A stretch of 64,000 nucleotides of DNA from the NCBI RefSeq assembly GCF_006345805.1, contig NC_042998.1, positions 185,132,001 through 185,196,000 of the forward strand, read 5' to 3'. The DNA comes from Octopus sinensis. Taxonomy: Eukaryota. The notes beneath the pieces were generated by a model. The model made no database searches, was not told the origin of the DNA, and saw nothing but the letters and a program-made list of their open reading frames with translations. Positions 12,795 to 25,879 of this stretch are shown here, in pieces. Numbering within the stretch: the first letter of the stretch is position 1; every line of letters begins with the position of its first letter. Both the position numbers and the translations under genes were made by a program.

Positions 12795-13030
12795 AAGGCC
12801 TGTTTCCTGGTTTTATTGACGTATAGGTTCCACAACTGGACGGGACGCCGGTCTGTCGCAGGTGAGCTGCTATATACAGGAGGAAAGAAGTGATAGAAGG
12901 TTGTGGTGAAAGAGTCAACAGAAGTTCGCCATAACCTTCTGCCGGAACCGCGTGGAACTCAGGTGTTTTCCTCATAAACACACGCATCGTCACTAAGCCA
13001 TGTGCCTCCACACACACACACTAGGCCATG
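12795..13030 (-). mobile_element. tRNA-derived SINE family D fragment
   Basis: Shares CTGGACGGGACGCC..GTCGCAGG and GCGTGGAACTCAGGTGTTTT blocks with 42375, 44120 and 50870. Confidence 0.65.
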
Positions 13031-13032
13031 TG

Positions 13033-13098
<66 letters not shown>

Positions 13099-13289
13099 GC
13101 GCGCGCCGTTGGCGATTTCTTTTCCTTCTTTGGACTTTTCCCTTTCTCCTTTCCGACGGAGAGCTATGCTGGGAACGCTCCTTTCACCGAGCGTCAAGCT
13201 AATACGTTTTTTGCACTCGTCCTTGTCTTGTCAATTTTTATTTGTTTATCTGAATTGTTTGTTTATTTGAATTGACTTCTTTTTTCTTT

Positions 13290-13515
13290 TCTTTTACTTG
13301 TTTCAGTCATTTGACTGCGGCCATGCTGGAGTATCGCCTTTACTCGAACAAATCGACCGCAGGACTTATGCTTTGTAAGCCTAGTACTTATTCTATCGGT
13401 TTCTTTTGCCGAACCGCTATTTTACTGGGACGTAAACCCACCAGCATCGGTTGTCAAGCGATGGTGGGGGGACAAATACAGACACACACACACAAACAAA
13501 TATATATATATATAT
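13290..13515 (-). mobile_element. Family A SINE 3' half
   Basis: TTTTACTTGTTTCAGTCATTTGACTGCGGCCATGCTGGAG..CATCGGTTGTCAAGC. Confidence 0.85.
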
Positions 13516-14073
13516 TGGATAATAAAACTTGGTAGCTTACTGGCAAAGCACGGTCTCTGAGATTACAATCGAAGAAATTTGGGGACCAGAAAGTGGGGCT
13601 GAGTCGTTTTGAGGCTGTGGTGGAAGCTGAGAGCAGCCACTTTGGGTAAAATATTATTTCCCATCCATAGTCTTATTGATACTTTTTGACTTTAAAATAC
13701 TTTTCGTTTTGGCTAAGATATTTTGTCCTCTTTTCCTTTTATGCAAACCGTCAAATTTACCCCGAACAACCCTTCACTTGTCTCTGTCTTTTGATTTATG
13801 TGTGTGTGTCTGAGTGTCTGTGTCTGTGTGTGTGTCTGTGTCTGTGCAATCTATGTAATATGTTGATAGCCTGGGTTTATATCTATGCAATCAAACTCCG
13901 AGGAATAATGTTTAAACCTGCGCAAGGACGGACTTATGTATGTTTGCATACGTAGACGATGAGTTGCAAGAATTGATTGAGAGCCAGACTGCACTTTGAG
14001 TTCAAATCCCACCAACGCCCACCTACCCTTCGTCTCTCGGTAATTTGATAAAATAATTACCCATGGTAAGACC

Positions 14074-14515
14074 AGGTTGTGTGGTTAAGAAGCTCGCTTT
14101 TCAACCATGTGATTCCGGGTTCAATCCCACAGCGCGGCAATTTTGGGAAGTGTCTTCTATTATATCCCCGATCAGACCAATTCCTCGTAAGTGTATATGA
14201 TGGATGGAATCTGTGTGAAATCCCATCTTATACACGTGTCTTTGTATTTGTGTTTCTTCCCATACACCTATTTCTTTACTACCCACAAGAGGCCAAACAC
14301 AGAGGGGACACAAACAAGGAAAGACAAACGGATTAAGTCGATTACATCGACCCCAGTGCGTAACTGGTACTTAATTTATTGACTCCGAAAGGATGAAAGG
14401 CAAAGTCGACCTCTGCGGAATTTGAACTCAGAACGTAACGGCAGACCAAAACGGCTACGCATTCCGCCCGGCGTGCTAACGTTTCTGCCAGCTCACCGCC
14501 TTCTTCCCACACACC
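14074..14515. mobile_element. Family A SINE head (+) followed by a full family C SINE (-, 14269-14501) with a 14-bp TSD
   Basis: TSD TCTTCCCATACACC (14255-14268) / TCTTCCCACACACC (14502-14515). Confidence 0.85.
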
Positions 14516-15125
14516 GCTTGACAACTGGGGCCCATTCGTTCGATAAAACCCTCAAAGCGGTGTCCCTGCATAGCTGCAGGTCAATGAATGAAACCAATAA
14601 AAGATAAACGGTGAAATACATCAATCTTGTGTATTAACACTCTTTGGCCTTATGAACTTTTAATTGCGAATTACTCAGGAGATGTAAGTCCATGACCGTT
14701 CTTGCCTACTGAGGAATTCATAATATTGATAGGTTGGTGTTCGAACTCAACAATTATAGGTCAATGTTTGCAGGAAAAAAAATATTGACCTGTGAGAGGG
14801 ATTTCCCCAGTGGTTCAATTCTGTGAAGAATGGATTGGATGAGTGTGTTCCATGCTGAGGAGATATAAATGAAGGTACGACGCAGTATAACTGAAAGAGG
14901 AAATACGGATTCAAACGAATGGGTCTGGGTGGATAAAGTACACACTTATTTATTTTAGAGGAAGAAGTTGGTGAGTGAGATATTACCGCTTTTAAGTTGT
15001 ATGTGTATTTAGCCACTTCACTCTCCCATATAAGGGAATAACAATACCGAATTTAGATGTAAGAAAAACAAGCTACAGCTTAAAGCTCACAATCCGCAGG
15101 ACTCAAAATAATTAAAAAGCATATA

Positions 15126-15524
15126 CGAGTTCTGATCAAATTGTTTCGGGACTGTTGTTATGGTTACGGAGCTGTCGCATATGCGCACTAAGTTATAATG
15201 TTCTTACTTGATTGTGTCGTAGATGATGAAAACGTTTTGAAATCGCTGACAAAATAGTGTGTCTATGGCTATGACGCCGAAACCAAGGCAAAAATCGAAT
15301 CCCACTTGAAAGGTACAATATTTCAAGGCGTAGAGGAAATCTAAGAGAATACGACGCTAAACTAAAAGAGGAGTTCCAGGAATGCTTCCATCAATAGAAA
15401 CGATGCTGGATAGAGCACGTGGCTTCAGAAGAGGACTTCTTCGAAGGAAATTAAATGCCGTATTGATATGTGTAGTTGTTTTCTTTTTATAGTACCAGTT
15501 CCAATACTTTTTGATCTGATCTGG
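15126..15524 (+). mobile_element. Internally deleted mariner transposon
   Basis: TA-flanked imperfect TIRs CGAGTTCTGATCAAA..GGGACTG / CAGTTCC..TTTGATCTGATCTGG. Residual peptides (W)VYGYDAETK, SHLKGTIFQGVEEI and EEFQECFHQ.KRCW..HVASEEDFFEGN. Confidence 0.75.
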
Positions 15525-15838
15525 TATGTTTATAATTTTGAGTTCAAATCCCGCTGAGGTCAACTTCCCCTTTCATCATTTCTGAGTCAATAAAATAAAG
15601 TACTCGATCAAGGTGTCTGATTGGCTGGATTCTTCGTGAATCGGTATTTGTTTTGGCAGTTATTGTATATTGAGTTTTTGGATGGAATGCTCTACCACAA
15701 GGTTTAACATCATCTCCTGGCTCACTAAGTGCCTTTAGGTCAGGGTTTTGTTTTTAAACATATATTAAAAACACGATTATGTTCAAGGTTAATCATTTTC
15801 ATTAAGGATTTTACATATTTCCTAAAACTATTAGTTTC

Positions 15839-16091
15839 TATTTTTGGATTTGGTTTGCAAGATTCTTTATATGAGTTCGTGTGTTGAAGCATATTCTGTT
15901 GTGTCTGGGGAGAGTCATTTTCTTGTTGTGCCTTATAATGTAACACACCGGTAAAATTTCCACTTATTTCTTATTTTTATTTTCCGAAAATTTTAGGAAA
16001 ATAAAAATAAGAAATAAGTGGAAATTTTATCGGTGAGTGTGATACATTATAAAGCACAAAAAGAAAATGGCTCTCCCCAGACACAACAGAA
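15839..16091. mobile_element. Fold-back element, copy 2 (centre deleted)
   Basis: Homologous to 4917-5249; 10-bp flanking duplication TATTAGTTTC (15829-15838, 16092-16101). Confidence 0.8.
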
Positions 16092-16199
16092 TATTAGTTT
16101 CGAGTTTTCCAAAAACTCATTTCCAGAAGTAAAGGCGACTCCAGTAAACAAATGCGTTTCACTCCAATTTATTTGATTCCAGAGCTTTCAAACCCTTGA

Positions 16200-17900
16200 A
16201 GGGGGAAAATACCTTTTCAGTATCGCTAAAATCCAGATTGTTCGCTTTGTACAGGTGATAACAGATATAAGTGTTTTCCCAGACTATTTGTCAGGGGGAA
16301 CTTAATAGATTATGGCAATCTCACTTACAGGAGAACACCAAATGTTGAAGGCTGTAAGACACTATCGATCTGTTACCGTGAAATTGATAACAGATCGATA
16401 ATTCCTCACAGCCTTCGACAATATTTTGCTTTGCAATTCATGAGCAGCAATGAAGTTTTCTGGCGTTTTCTTCTTGTTCTATTCATGAAAATACTCCAGC
16501 TCCGAACAGTATGCTATCCATTCGGAAAGTAACTTGCGGGTTTACTTTACACAGCAACAGCCCGCACAGTAAGTACATCAAAGACACACAACACTTACCG
16601 CATTTTGTGTCAGCATGATCTCTTTGGAAAAATATGTTGTACCATTAAGTTCCGTCCTGCTAATGATAGAATAACGAGCATCAGAGCAGGAGAAAGTAAG
16701 GTGCTCTTTTCAAGATCAACTTGACATAAATTTTAACAGTATTATTAGAAGAAGGTGTACTACACACGCCATTCAGCATGAACGATTCTTTCTGCGACGT
16801 CTTCTCTGTGACACGTTCAAGTTCACTTCATGACCTTCGAAAAGTCAATGGTGATGTTTGTACCACCAGTAGAGAAGTATGATTTATATCTGAATTACTT
16901 AACAATGATGCACAGTGAAATGAAAATAGGGAAAAGATTCTGTGACTCTGCTAAGTCTCACGATTCCTTTCACAAAACTCCTAAAATGTTATGAACCACC
17001 AATTCGCTTCAACTTTGGCTCACGTATCGTGACAACCTTGCCAAAAGATTTCGGGTATCAAACGCAACAGATGTACCCTACTGTGGAAATAGGGCACTCT
17101 GATTAAATCTACAATGTAGCTCCCATTAACGAGCTCAAGAATATAAATGGCCAAGAACTTCAACCTAACTACACTAAAGTCAATAAATAATCTAACAATT
17201 GAAAGAGGCATCATATGATGTAAGCACAATAGCATATGTCAATGACAATAAGCACACACTAATTACTGAAGAGACAGAGGTGTAATCTACTATTTTTACT
17301 TTTGACGGAGATGCAGTAACAAGAAACTGGAATTGGTTTCTGTGAATTTGATGGTGGGGCCCGAAAGTTATTCTTGATCAGTCTGTTGCTTACTGAAATC
17401 CTTCAACCTAAAGAGAAGGCTCTTGCAGTTGTGTCTTCAAGTATAGCATCAAACTCATTTATGGGAATTGTGCATCACCTTTTACTCACAAGCTCATCTT
17501 GGGACTTGGGCACAAATAATGCATTTATTTGCAGCATTTCCAAGAATTAGGGAATCGGAGAAGTACACAAGTGATGTCAAATGATTATCTGGGATAAATT
17601 CACAAGAGCAGGTAAGAAGGCTCTGGGCACCTTGGGCAGATCAGTATAAAACTTGCGTAACAATAGATCTCAAAAAGGAAGCGAAGCAGGGATGTTGTCA
17701 GGTAGATTCTCTAATACTTTGCTGTTGACTATAAAAAAAGCCTAATGAAATTGGAATTTACCTTAAATTGTCTTATCTTTGGATCAAATTTAAACTGTCT
17801 AGTCATTTTCTAAGAGCTTTTAAAAGCTTAAGTCGGAAAATTTTTTTCGACAATAATCGTATTATGGACCCGACTTTTATGTACAAATGGTGAAGACTGC
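16200..17900 (+). pseudogene. Degenerate Helitron Rep-helicase
   Basis: Ordered motifs across frameshifts: KCFPRLF..YGNLTYRR; FMSSNEVFWR..IHE..VYFT; ERFFLRRLL..LRKVNGDVCTT.RE; LFLISLLLTEI..KALAVVSSSIAS; QMIIWDKF..KKAL..LGRS..LRNN (PIF1-type motifs I, Ia, II). Confidence 0.8.
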
Positions 17901-18189
17901 AGACGAAGGTCTTCTCAATTTACAAAATCCTTAATTAACCTGTAAGTGCTCGTGCTAAAGCATGTATAGGTCCACTGCATTGATTGCCAGCTGTTGCAGG
18001 CAATTCTAAGAAAGAGTCACGCCTAAAATCAATAAAAATTGTTGTGAATCAAGAAGTAGTTCGCAATACTGCGAATTAAGAAATTTGTTTGAACCTTAAT
18101 GTCGATCACTCAGCCTTCAATTAAAAACAAAATGGATACCAGATAATGCAGCCGTGAAATTTAGATCAACTGTTACTATAAGTAGACTC

Positions 18190-18353
18190 AAAACAATGGG
18201 CTATATACCTGTTGTAATTTAGTCATCGATAATCTGATGATATTTCGGAATAAAATTCCTTCTTCAGATATTCTTAGATGAAGGAATTTTATTCCGAAAT
18301 ATCATATCAGACTGTGGATGACTAAATTACAACAGGTATATAGTCCATTGTTT
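18190..18353. repeat. Inverted repeat of two head-to-head hammerhead-bearing Penelope-type termini
   Basis: Arms 18190-18262 and 18280-18353 are reverse complements with a ~17-nt spacer. Confidence 0.8.
18234..18273 (-). ncRNA. Minimal hammerhead ribozyme (CUGAAGA core)
   Basis: Minus strand: GAATAT-CTGAAGA-A-GGAAT[TTT]ATTCC-GAAA-T-ATC-ATCAG. Stem I is shortened. The plus-strand mirror at 18274-18307 has an intact ATAT stem I strand but a damaged core (TAGATGA). Confidence 0.6.
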
Positions 18354-18630
18354 GTATTATAGTGCATTGTTGTACCATTCAGAAATTTTTTATTCTTTAC
18401 AAACAACACACAATGCTTCGAGCAAATTACAATATTCTCCTATCTTATAACAATGTATATTTTGGGAATTGCTGCATTCTAGCAGTTCTCAAAAAAAAAA
18501 AAAAAAGCTGAGAGAGAAGATACACTTACAGTAAAAAAAAATAGAAGATATATACATACACACATACATATAAATACATGGTTAAAACTATATTAGCTGA
18601 TCGAAATGGCTATGATATATTATATATATG

Positions 18631-18758
<128 letters not shown>

Positions 18759-18821
18759 ATACATATATATATATGTTTTCCACCTGCCTTCGTCTCTTGT
18801 CTATTTTCATAAAGCTTCCCG

Positions 18822-18855
<34 letters not shown>

Positions 18856-18914
18856 GTTAAACAGGACAGCAAACATTTAGGGAAGGCAAACATCTCAAAT
18901 CGTATATAATATTA

Positions 18915-18936
18915 TCTATACATACAAAACTGAAGT

Positions 18937-18991
<55 letters not shown>

Positions 18992-19427
18992 TGTGTGTGT
19001 GTGTATGTGTGTGTGTGTGTGTGACAGGTTTGGTAGCCTTCAACTAACACTATCTTCTTCGAGACCCTGCGGCGCAAGTTGACCAAAATTGAGAGTATGA
19101 TAGAAGAAGGCTTGCTTTTCATTCCATAGAAGAAAAAATTCAAATCGGACCATGTTAGCACCAAAAATTATTTACATCAAAAAGGTGCTTTTTTTCTATG
19201 AAAATCCCTATTTTTTACGATTTTTTTACTGCTGTGTCGCCATTTTTCGGTGTATTTCAACCAGAAAAATGTTCACTTAAAGAGAATAACAAGCTACATA
19301 ATGGAAAACTTTTACTTTACAAAAAAGATTGAAACTATGTCAAAACTTTGTTAACGCAACATTAAAGTGTGCCATTTTAAGCGCAACTAAAAACACAAAC
19401 TCGAGCAACGCCGGGCTATACTCCTAG
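18915..19427 (+). mobile_element. Non-autonomous Helitron
   Basis: Inserted between A and T, with 5' TC and 3' CTAG. The GC-rich subterminal GAGCAACGCCGGGC lies just upstream of CTAG, and an internal (TG)n sits near the 5' end. Confidence 0.75.
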
Positions 19428-19686
19428 TCATACGAAGACATTCAAAATCTTACAGCAGTTTCTGGAATATCCCCGAGTATGGGCTATTCCGTCACCAGAG
19501 GCAAATAGTGGGTGGAAAATCGGGAAAATGAGAATGGTATATATATCCGCTGCATCGGTCATCTGAAATGGCTCCATAACTACCGTCTCAACTATAACCC
19601 GGGAGCCCTAGTAATCCGTTACAGTACTTACCTAGCGTACCGAATCATTTAGATCACCGGTGAACTAAATCCCCATATTTTGTATG

Positions 19687-19751
<65 letters not shown>

Positions 19752-19797
19752 TATCTATCTATCTATTTGTCTATCTGTCTGTCTGTCTATCTATCTT

Positions 19798-20150
<353 letters not shown>

Positions 20151-20726
20151 TATGTATATATATAAATTCTTTCTGAATGAGATAAAAATCCAAGGCTGTG
20201 AAAGATTTTAGAAGATTTATAAAACCTTCTTTTGATAAATGTTCTAAAATCTTTCACAGCCTTGGATTTTTATCTCATTCAGAAAAAATTTTTATACATA
20301 CACATGCTGATATATGACTTACGATGGACTCCTCATTCGCATAATCACCGAACCTGGAGCTTAACTATAGTCTGTCCATAGCACTTATTCAGCATTACCT
20401 GACACCTTTGGGTCTTATTGACACCATTACCTCTCATAACCTCTCTCTCTCACACACTCTCTTTCTCACACTCTCTATGTACATCTATATATATATATAT
20501 GTACGCGCATATATGTATGTATTTTAGTCCAAGTTATTTTCTTGTTACTCTGAGTTTCGCCTGCGGATACACCGTGTCTGAAAGGTACGTTACTAGTCGT
20601 AGCTACACTGAACACCCAACAAAGTGCAGCAACAAAATGACTCAACCAAATTAAATATATCATAATTCCCTACTATAGTGCAGAATATTTTTTCCGGCAG
20701 TCAAAACTGAATGGGTATAGATAGAT

Positions 20727-20896
20727 AGGAGTGGCTGTGTGGTAAGTAGCTTGCTTACGAACCACATGCTTCTGGGTTCAGTCCCACTGCGTGGCATCTT
20801 GGGCAAGTGTCTTCTACTATAGCCTCGGGCCGACCAAAGCCTTGTGAGTGGATTTGGTAGACGGAAACTGAAAGAAGCCCGTCGTATATATGTATG

Positions 20897-20970
<74 letters not shown>

Positions 20971-21157
20971 GCCCCCCAACATCACTTGGCAACCGATGCT
21001 GGTGTGTTTATGTCCCCGTAACTTAGCGGATCGGCAAAAGAGACCGATAGAATAAGTACTAGGCTTACAAAGAATAAGTCCTGGAGTCGATTTGCTAGAC
21101 TAAAGGCGGTGCTCCAGCATGGCTACAGTCAAATGACTGAAACAAGTAAAAGAATAA
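20727..21157 (+). mobile_element. Full-length family A SINE
   Basis: AGGAGTGGCTGTGTGG (A box) .. GGTTCAGTCCC (B box), CORE-like block, internal (TA)/(TG), tail. Confidence 0.92.
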
Positions 21158-21522
21158 AAAAACGATAGATAGATAGATAGATAGATAGATACATACATAC
21201 ATACATACATACATACATACATACATACATACATACATACATACATACATACATACGTACGTATATAAATAAATACACACACACGCTCACATATAGATAT
21301 ACATATATTGTTTACGTGGTGTTATTTATAGTTTTATCTGATTCGAATTTCACGGTTCCCAAAATGAATGACTGAATGTATACATGTATGTGTGTGTGTG
21401 TGAGTGTCCTTGTTCAGTTTTATTTCAAGTTTTCTTGCCAATAGAGAAAGACCCGGTTTCTAACCTAGATCAAAAACACCTTCATTGGAATTTTAATATC
21501 TACAACCGGGTATGTATGTATG

Positions 21523-21556
<34 letters not shown>

Positions 21557-21659
21557 GAGAGAGAGAGAGAGAGAGAGAGAGTGTGTGTGTGTGTGTGTGT
21601 GTGTGTACGTGTGTATGAAAGAGAGAAAGAGAGAGTGTGTGTGTTTTTGTGAGTGTGTA

Positions 21660-21815
21660 TGTGTGTGTTTCCCCTTTACCATCGCATGACAACCGGCGTT
21701 GGTTTGTTTTCATCTCTTAAACTTAGCGGTTCGGCAAAAGAATCCTACAAGATTTAAAAATAACAGGCTTTAAAAATAACTTGTGGGACCCATTTGTTCG
21801 ACTAAATCGCTCAAG
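21660..21815 (+). mobile_element. Family A SINE 3' fragment
   Basis: GACAACCGGCGTTGG..CTTAGCGGTTCGGCAAAAGA. Confidence 0.65.
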
Positions 21816-22749
21816 GTGTGAACTGACCAGCTATAGTGGAGCTAGAAGTATTTGGGACGCCCTTTTCTGGTTCCTTTCCAATAGCTGACTGAGCAGCGCC
21901 CCCACACTAAATATGGCTGCTAAATAGCAGGGATTCCACCGCAATTGTTCTCATTGCTAAGATCCTTTCTTCAAGCTACATCCCTTGCCGGTCGATTACT
22001 GTGATGGCTAGTTAGTAACTATGTGCTTCCAGTACACACATACACACACACAGAGAAACACACACACATGTATGTATGTATGTATGTATGTATGTTTTTA
22101 TGTGTTTGTACGTGTTTGTGTTTATGAATTCATGGACGAATGTTTACGTGTTTCAATGAGTACGTTTACAACCTGGGCTGGACTGCAATCTGTGCGAAGG
22201 GGCGAAGCCAACCGTGAACCTCCGAGCTAATGTTCTTTCCCAAGATTACTTATAGTCACACAAGCTCTAATACATGTTTGTCATATCCATCTCGTGTGGT
22301 TATTACTAAGGCCTATTTATCACCATAGTCTTAAAGAATGCGTTCGATATAAGAACTGAACTACGATGTACATACAGCGTTGTGTCTTCTGTTGTTATAT
22401 CTGGAGATTTACAAGGAAAGCAGAGAGTTTGATAGGATGATGTCAGTGAGAGATTAAGGAGTTAAGTCCCCTCCCACTATCATCGACATTATCACCACCA
22501 GAAACAGATTCGGTCAGAGCAGAGCAGTTTTACATAGGGGACGGGTCAGAAAGAAAAGGCAGGCTTACACGCAAATAGACAGAGTGAGTGGTGAGTGAGA
22601 GAAAGTGTGAGCAAGAAGGATGAATGATGAACGAGAAAGAGGGGGGAAGGAAATAAGCGGGGCGGAGATTGATGGAAATGTACGTTTATTCGCTAAGCTG
22701 TGTTCTCTGTGAAAGGAGACTGTGAATGTGAGTTCTTTGGTTAAGCCTA

Positions 22750-23008
22750 TAAAGAGATGATACACACGAGCACTCACACAAACACACACACTGACACAAA
22801 CACACACACGCACGCACACACACACGCGCACACAAGTGCGCGCATACGTACACAAACATTCATATGCGCACATACACATAATTACTCAGACACATCTTTC
22901 CTTTATTTTTGTATATACACATACGCACACCAATACACACATGGTGACATAGACACGCACGCGCAGTCTCACGTGCACGTTGTCTCCCATATACAGACAT
23001 ACATGAAT

Positions 23009-23039
<31 letters not shown>

Positions 23040-24043
23040 TAGATTCATACCCATGCACACACGTACATACATACATACATACATACATACATACATACTT
23101 ACATACATGCATATATACATGTGTTTGTGTGTATGGGTGAATATATATTGCGCGTGCGTGTATATATATATAATATATATATATATAATATATATATATA
23201 ATATACACATACACATATATAATACATTCACATATATATATATATATATAATATACAATACAATATAATATATATATATATATAATATATAATATATATA
23301 TATATATATATAATATATTATATTGTATTGTATATTATATATTATATATATATATATGTGTATGTATGCATATAAAGTTATACATATATATATATATAGT
23401 TATACTGATTACATATGTTTATATATATATATATATTGATATTGATATATTCGTATCTATACATATGTATGCATGCACACATATTCGCACACATACATAT
23501 ACTCATTAACTTTTATATGTATATTACTGTACGTATTTATATCTACAGACATCGTATCGCTGCATATGTATATTCATACATACTAAAAGATAAGACATAC
23601 GAACATACTCATGCACTTTTACATGCACATTCACACACTCTTCCGTGCATACATATATGCACATGCACATATAAGTCTAACACACGCGCATACAGTCTTA
23701 AACAGTCGTAAACAGTCATAGACACAAACACGCATTCTTAGGCGCTCAAACAAGGAGGCAGTCTTTATGGATGTACAGTAGGATACCTACATAACTACAT
23801 TAAAGGTTTGCTGGATTAATGAATGGATAGATTGATGCATTTATGGATTGCTGGGGTGGGTGGGGGTAACGGGTGTTTGGGGAGGAGGGTCGTTAGATTG
23901 GTAGGTGGGTGGTTGGGTAGGTGGGTTGGTTAGATTTATCAGAGAAAAGGAGTGATCGATAAAGTTGATTGTCAGAAAGTAAATCGATTCACTGGGAGGT
24001 GGTACATACTTGCTTGCATACATACATACGTACGTGTGTGTGG

Positions 24044-24083
<40 letters not shown>

Positions 24084-24092
24084 TCACACATA

Positions 24093-24182
<90 letters not shown>

Positions 24183-24279
24183 GAACATATCTTCTATAGA
24201 TGTATATTAAATTTTAATGTATAATCATATATGTATGTATGTATGCATGTATGTATGTCTACACACCACACACACACAT

Positions 24280-24311
<32 letters not shown>

Positions 24312-24990
24312 CATACATATATATAGAGAGAGAGACATAAATATATATATACATAATATATATTATGTATATATATTTGTGTATATATATATATATATAA
24401 TATATATATATATATTCGTATACATATACATATATACATACATACATATATACATACGATATATATATATATTATATATATATATATATATGCAGCATGT
24501 CTAAGAATGTATGCGACTGTGTATGTGTATGTGTCTGTGTCTACAATATTATACATACTTGCTTAATAGTCTCTATATGTATGTGTGTGTTTGTGGACAG
24601 ATGTATGTGTGTGGCAGTGTATGTGTTATCTGTTTATATGCACCAGTGTAGATCCGTCATACTTATAGATATTTAGATTTTTTGTGCCCAAATATAGAAA
24701 CACACACACATCTCTATTGTAAATATTTGTCTTTGTGTGCCCATGAGTATGGATGTGTGTTCGTGTGTAGGGAGTGTGGGAGTGTGCATGCGCGCGTGTT
24801 TGTGTATATACCCATAAATATATACATGCAAATATATATATATACATGTATACATTTATATATGTATATGTACACACACATATATATACATATATATATA
24901 CACACGTTTATATGCATACATATATGCGTATACATATATCTATGTACACACACACTTACACATACAACCCCACACACACATAGAGACATG
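22750..24990. repeat. Compound CA/TA/TACA low-complexity region
   Basis: Direct. Confidence 0.9.
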
Positions 24991-25000
24991 TATATATGTG

Positions 25001-25182
25001 CAGGAGTGGCAGTATGGTAAGAAGCTTGCTTTCCAACCACATGATTCTGGGTTCAGTCCCACTGCGTGGCACCTTGAGAAAGTGTCTTCTACTATAACAT
25101 CGGGCGGACCAAAGCCTTGTGAGTGGGTTTGGTAGACGGAAACTGAAAGACGTCTGTCGTATATATACACACACACACACAC

Positions 25183-25214
<32 letters not shown>

Positions 25215-25395
25215 ATCAGCCGAAATTGCAAGGACGATCCGGTTCTTGACTGAGGATAAAATGCTTCGGATGACCCGTCCTTGTTTTTTTGTATCGTCTA
25301 TCTGGATGTTTTGTTTTCTCTTTTTGTATTACCTAGTTAGTTATCCGGATGTTTTACGTTCTTGTCTCATTTTGTATTTATTATATATTATAATA

Positions 25396-25443
<48 letters not shown>

Positions 25444-25692
25444 TATACATAAATGCATATATTTGTGTGTGTGTGTGGTGTCTGTGTGTCTGTCTCCCCC
25501 CTCCCCATTGTCGCTTGACAACTGATGCTGGTATGTTTACATTCCCGTAATATAGCGGTTCAGCAAAAGAGACCGATAAATAAGTTTTAGGCTTACATAG
25601 AATAAGTTCTGGGGTCGATTTGTTCTACCATAGGTGGTGCTCCATCATGGCCGCAGTCAAGTGACTGAAACAAGTAAAAGAATAAAAGAATA
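25001..25692 (+). mobile_element. Family A SINE split by an insertion in its internal microsatellite
   Basis: Head 25001-25165 and tail 25490-25692. The intervening 25215-25385 element is homologous to 59520-59625 (minus). Confidence 0.8.
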
Positions 25693-25695
25693 GAT

Positions 25696-25734
<39 letters not shown>

Positions 25735-25831
25735 GGAGTAAACACATAAATGTGAAACAAGGTGGAAAAAAGAGTACTCAAATACCAGTGGTAGAGTAAT
25801 ATGCTTTATTTTAAGCAGCAGAAAATTCAAC

Positions 25832-25879
25832 AAAATCTCTTACTCTGAGTTTCTCGTTGCCGTTCATCAGACAGTTTTT
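25832..25879 (-). ncRNA. Hammerhead ribozyme in the PLE left arm (stem I mismatch)
   Basis: CTGT-CTGATGA-A-CG[GCAA]CG-A-GAAA-CTCAGAG-TA-AGAG, versus ACAG in the right arm. Confidence 0.7.

Noticed and set aside
19626-19640. ACTTACCT resembling the U1 snRNA 5' end
   Set aside because: Downstream sequence does not match U1; it is an 8-mer match only.
20171-20213. Hammerhead in the hairpin arm (CTGAATGA..GAAAG)
   Set aside because: Core spacing and the stem II-GAAA adjacency do not fit.
23251-23335. Inverted repeat TACAATACAATATAATA / TATTATATTGTATTGTA around (TA)n
   Set aside because: It is real, but most simply a fold-back within an AT microsatellite; nothing suggests function.
23851-23930. 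G-run cluster with quadruplex potential
   Set aside because: Low-complexity GGGT repeats are expected in this background.
25230-25290. Hammerhead in the 25215-25385 element (CTGAGGA)
   Set aside because: There is no stem II followed by GAAA.
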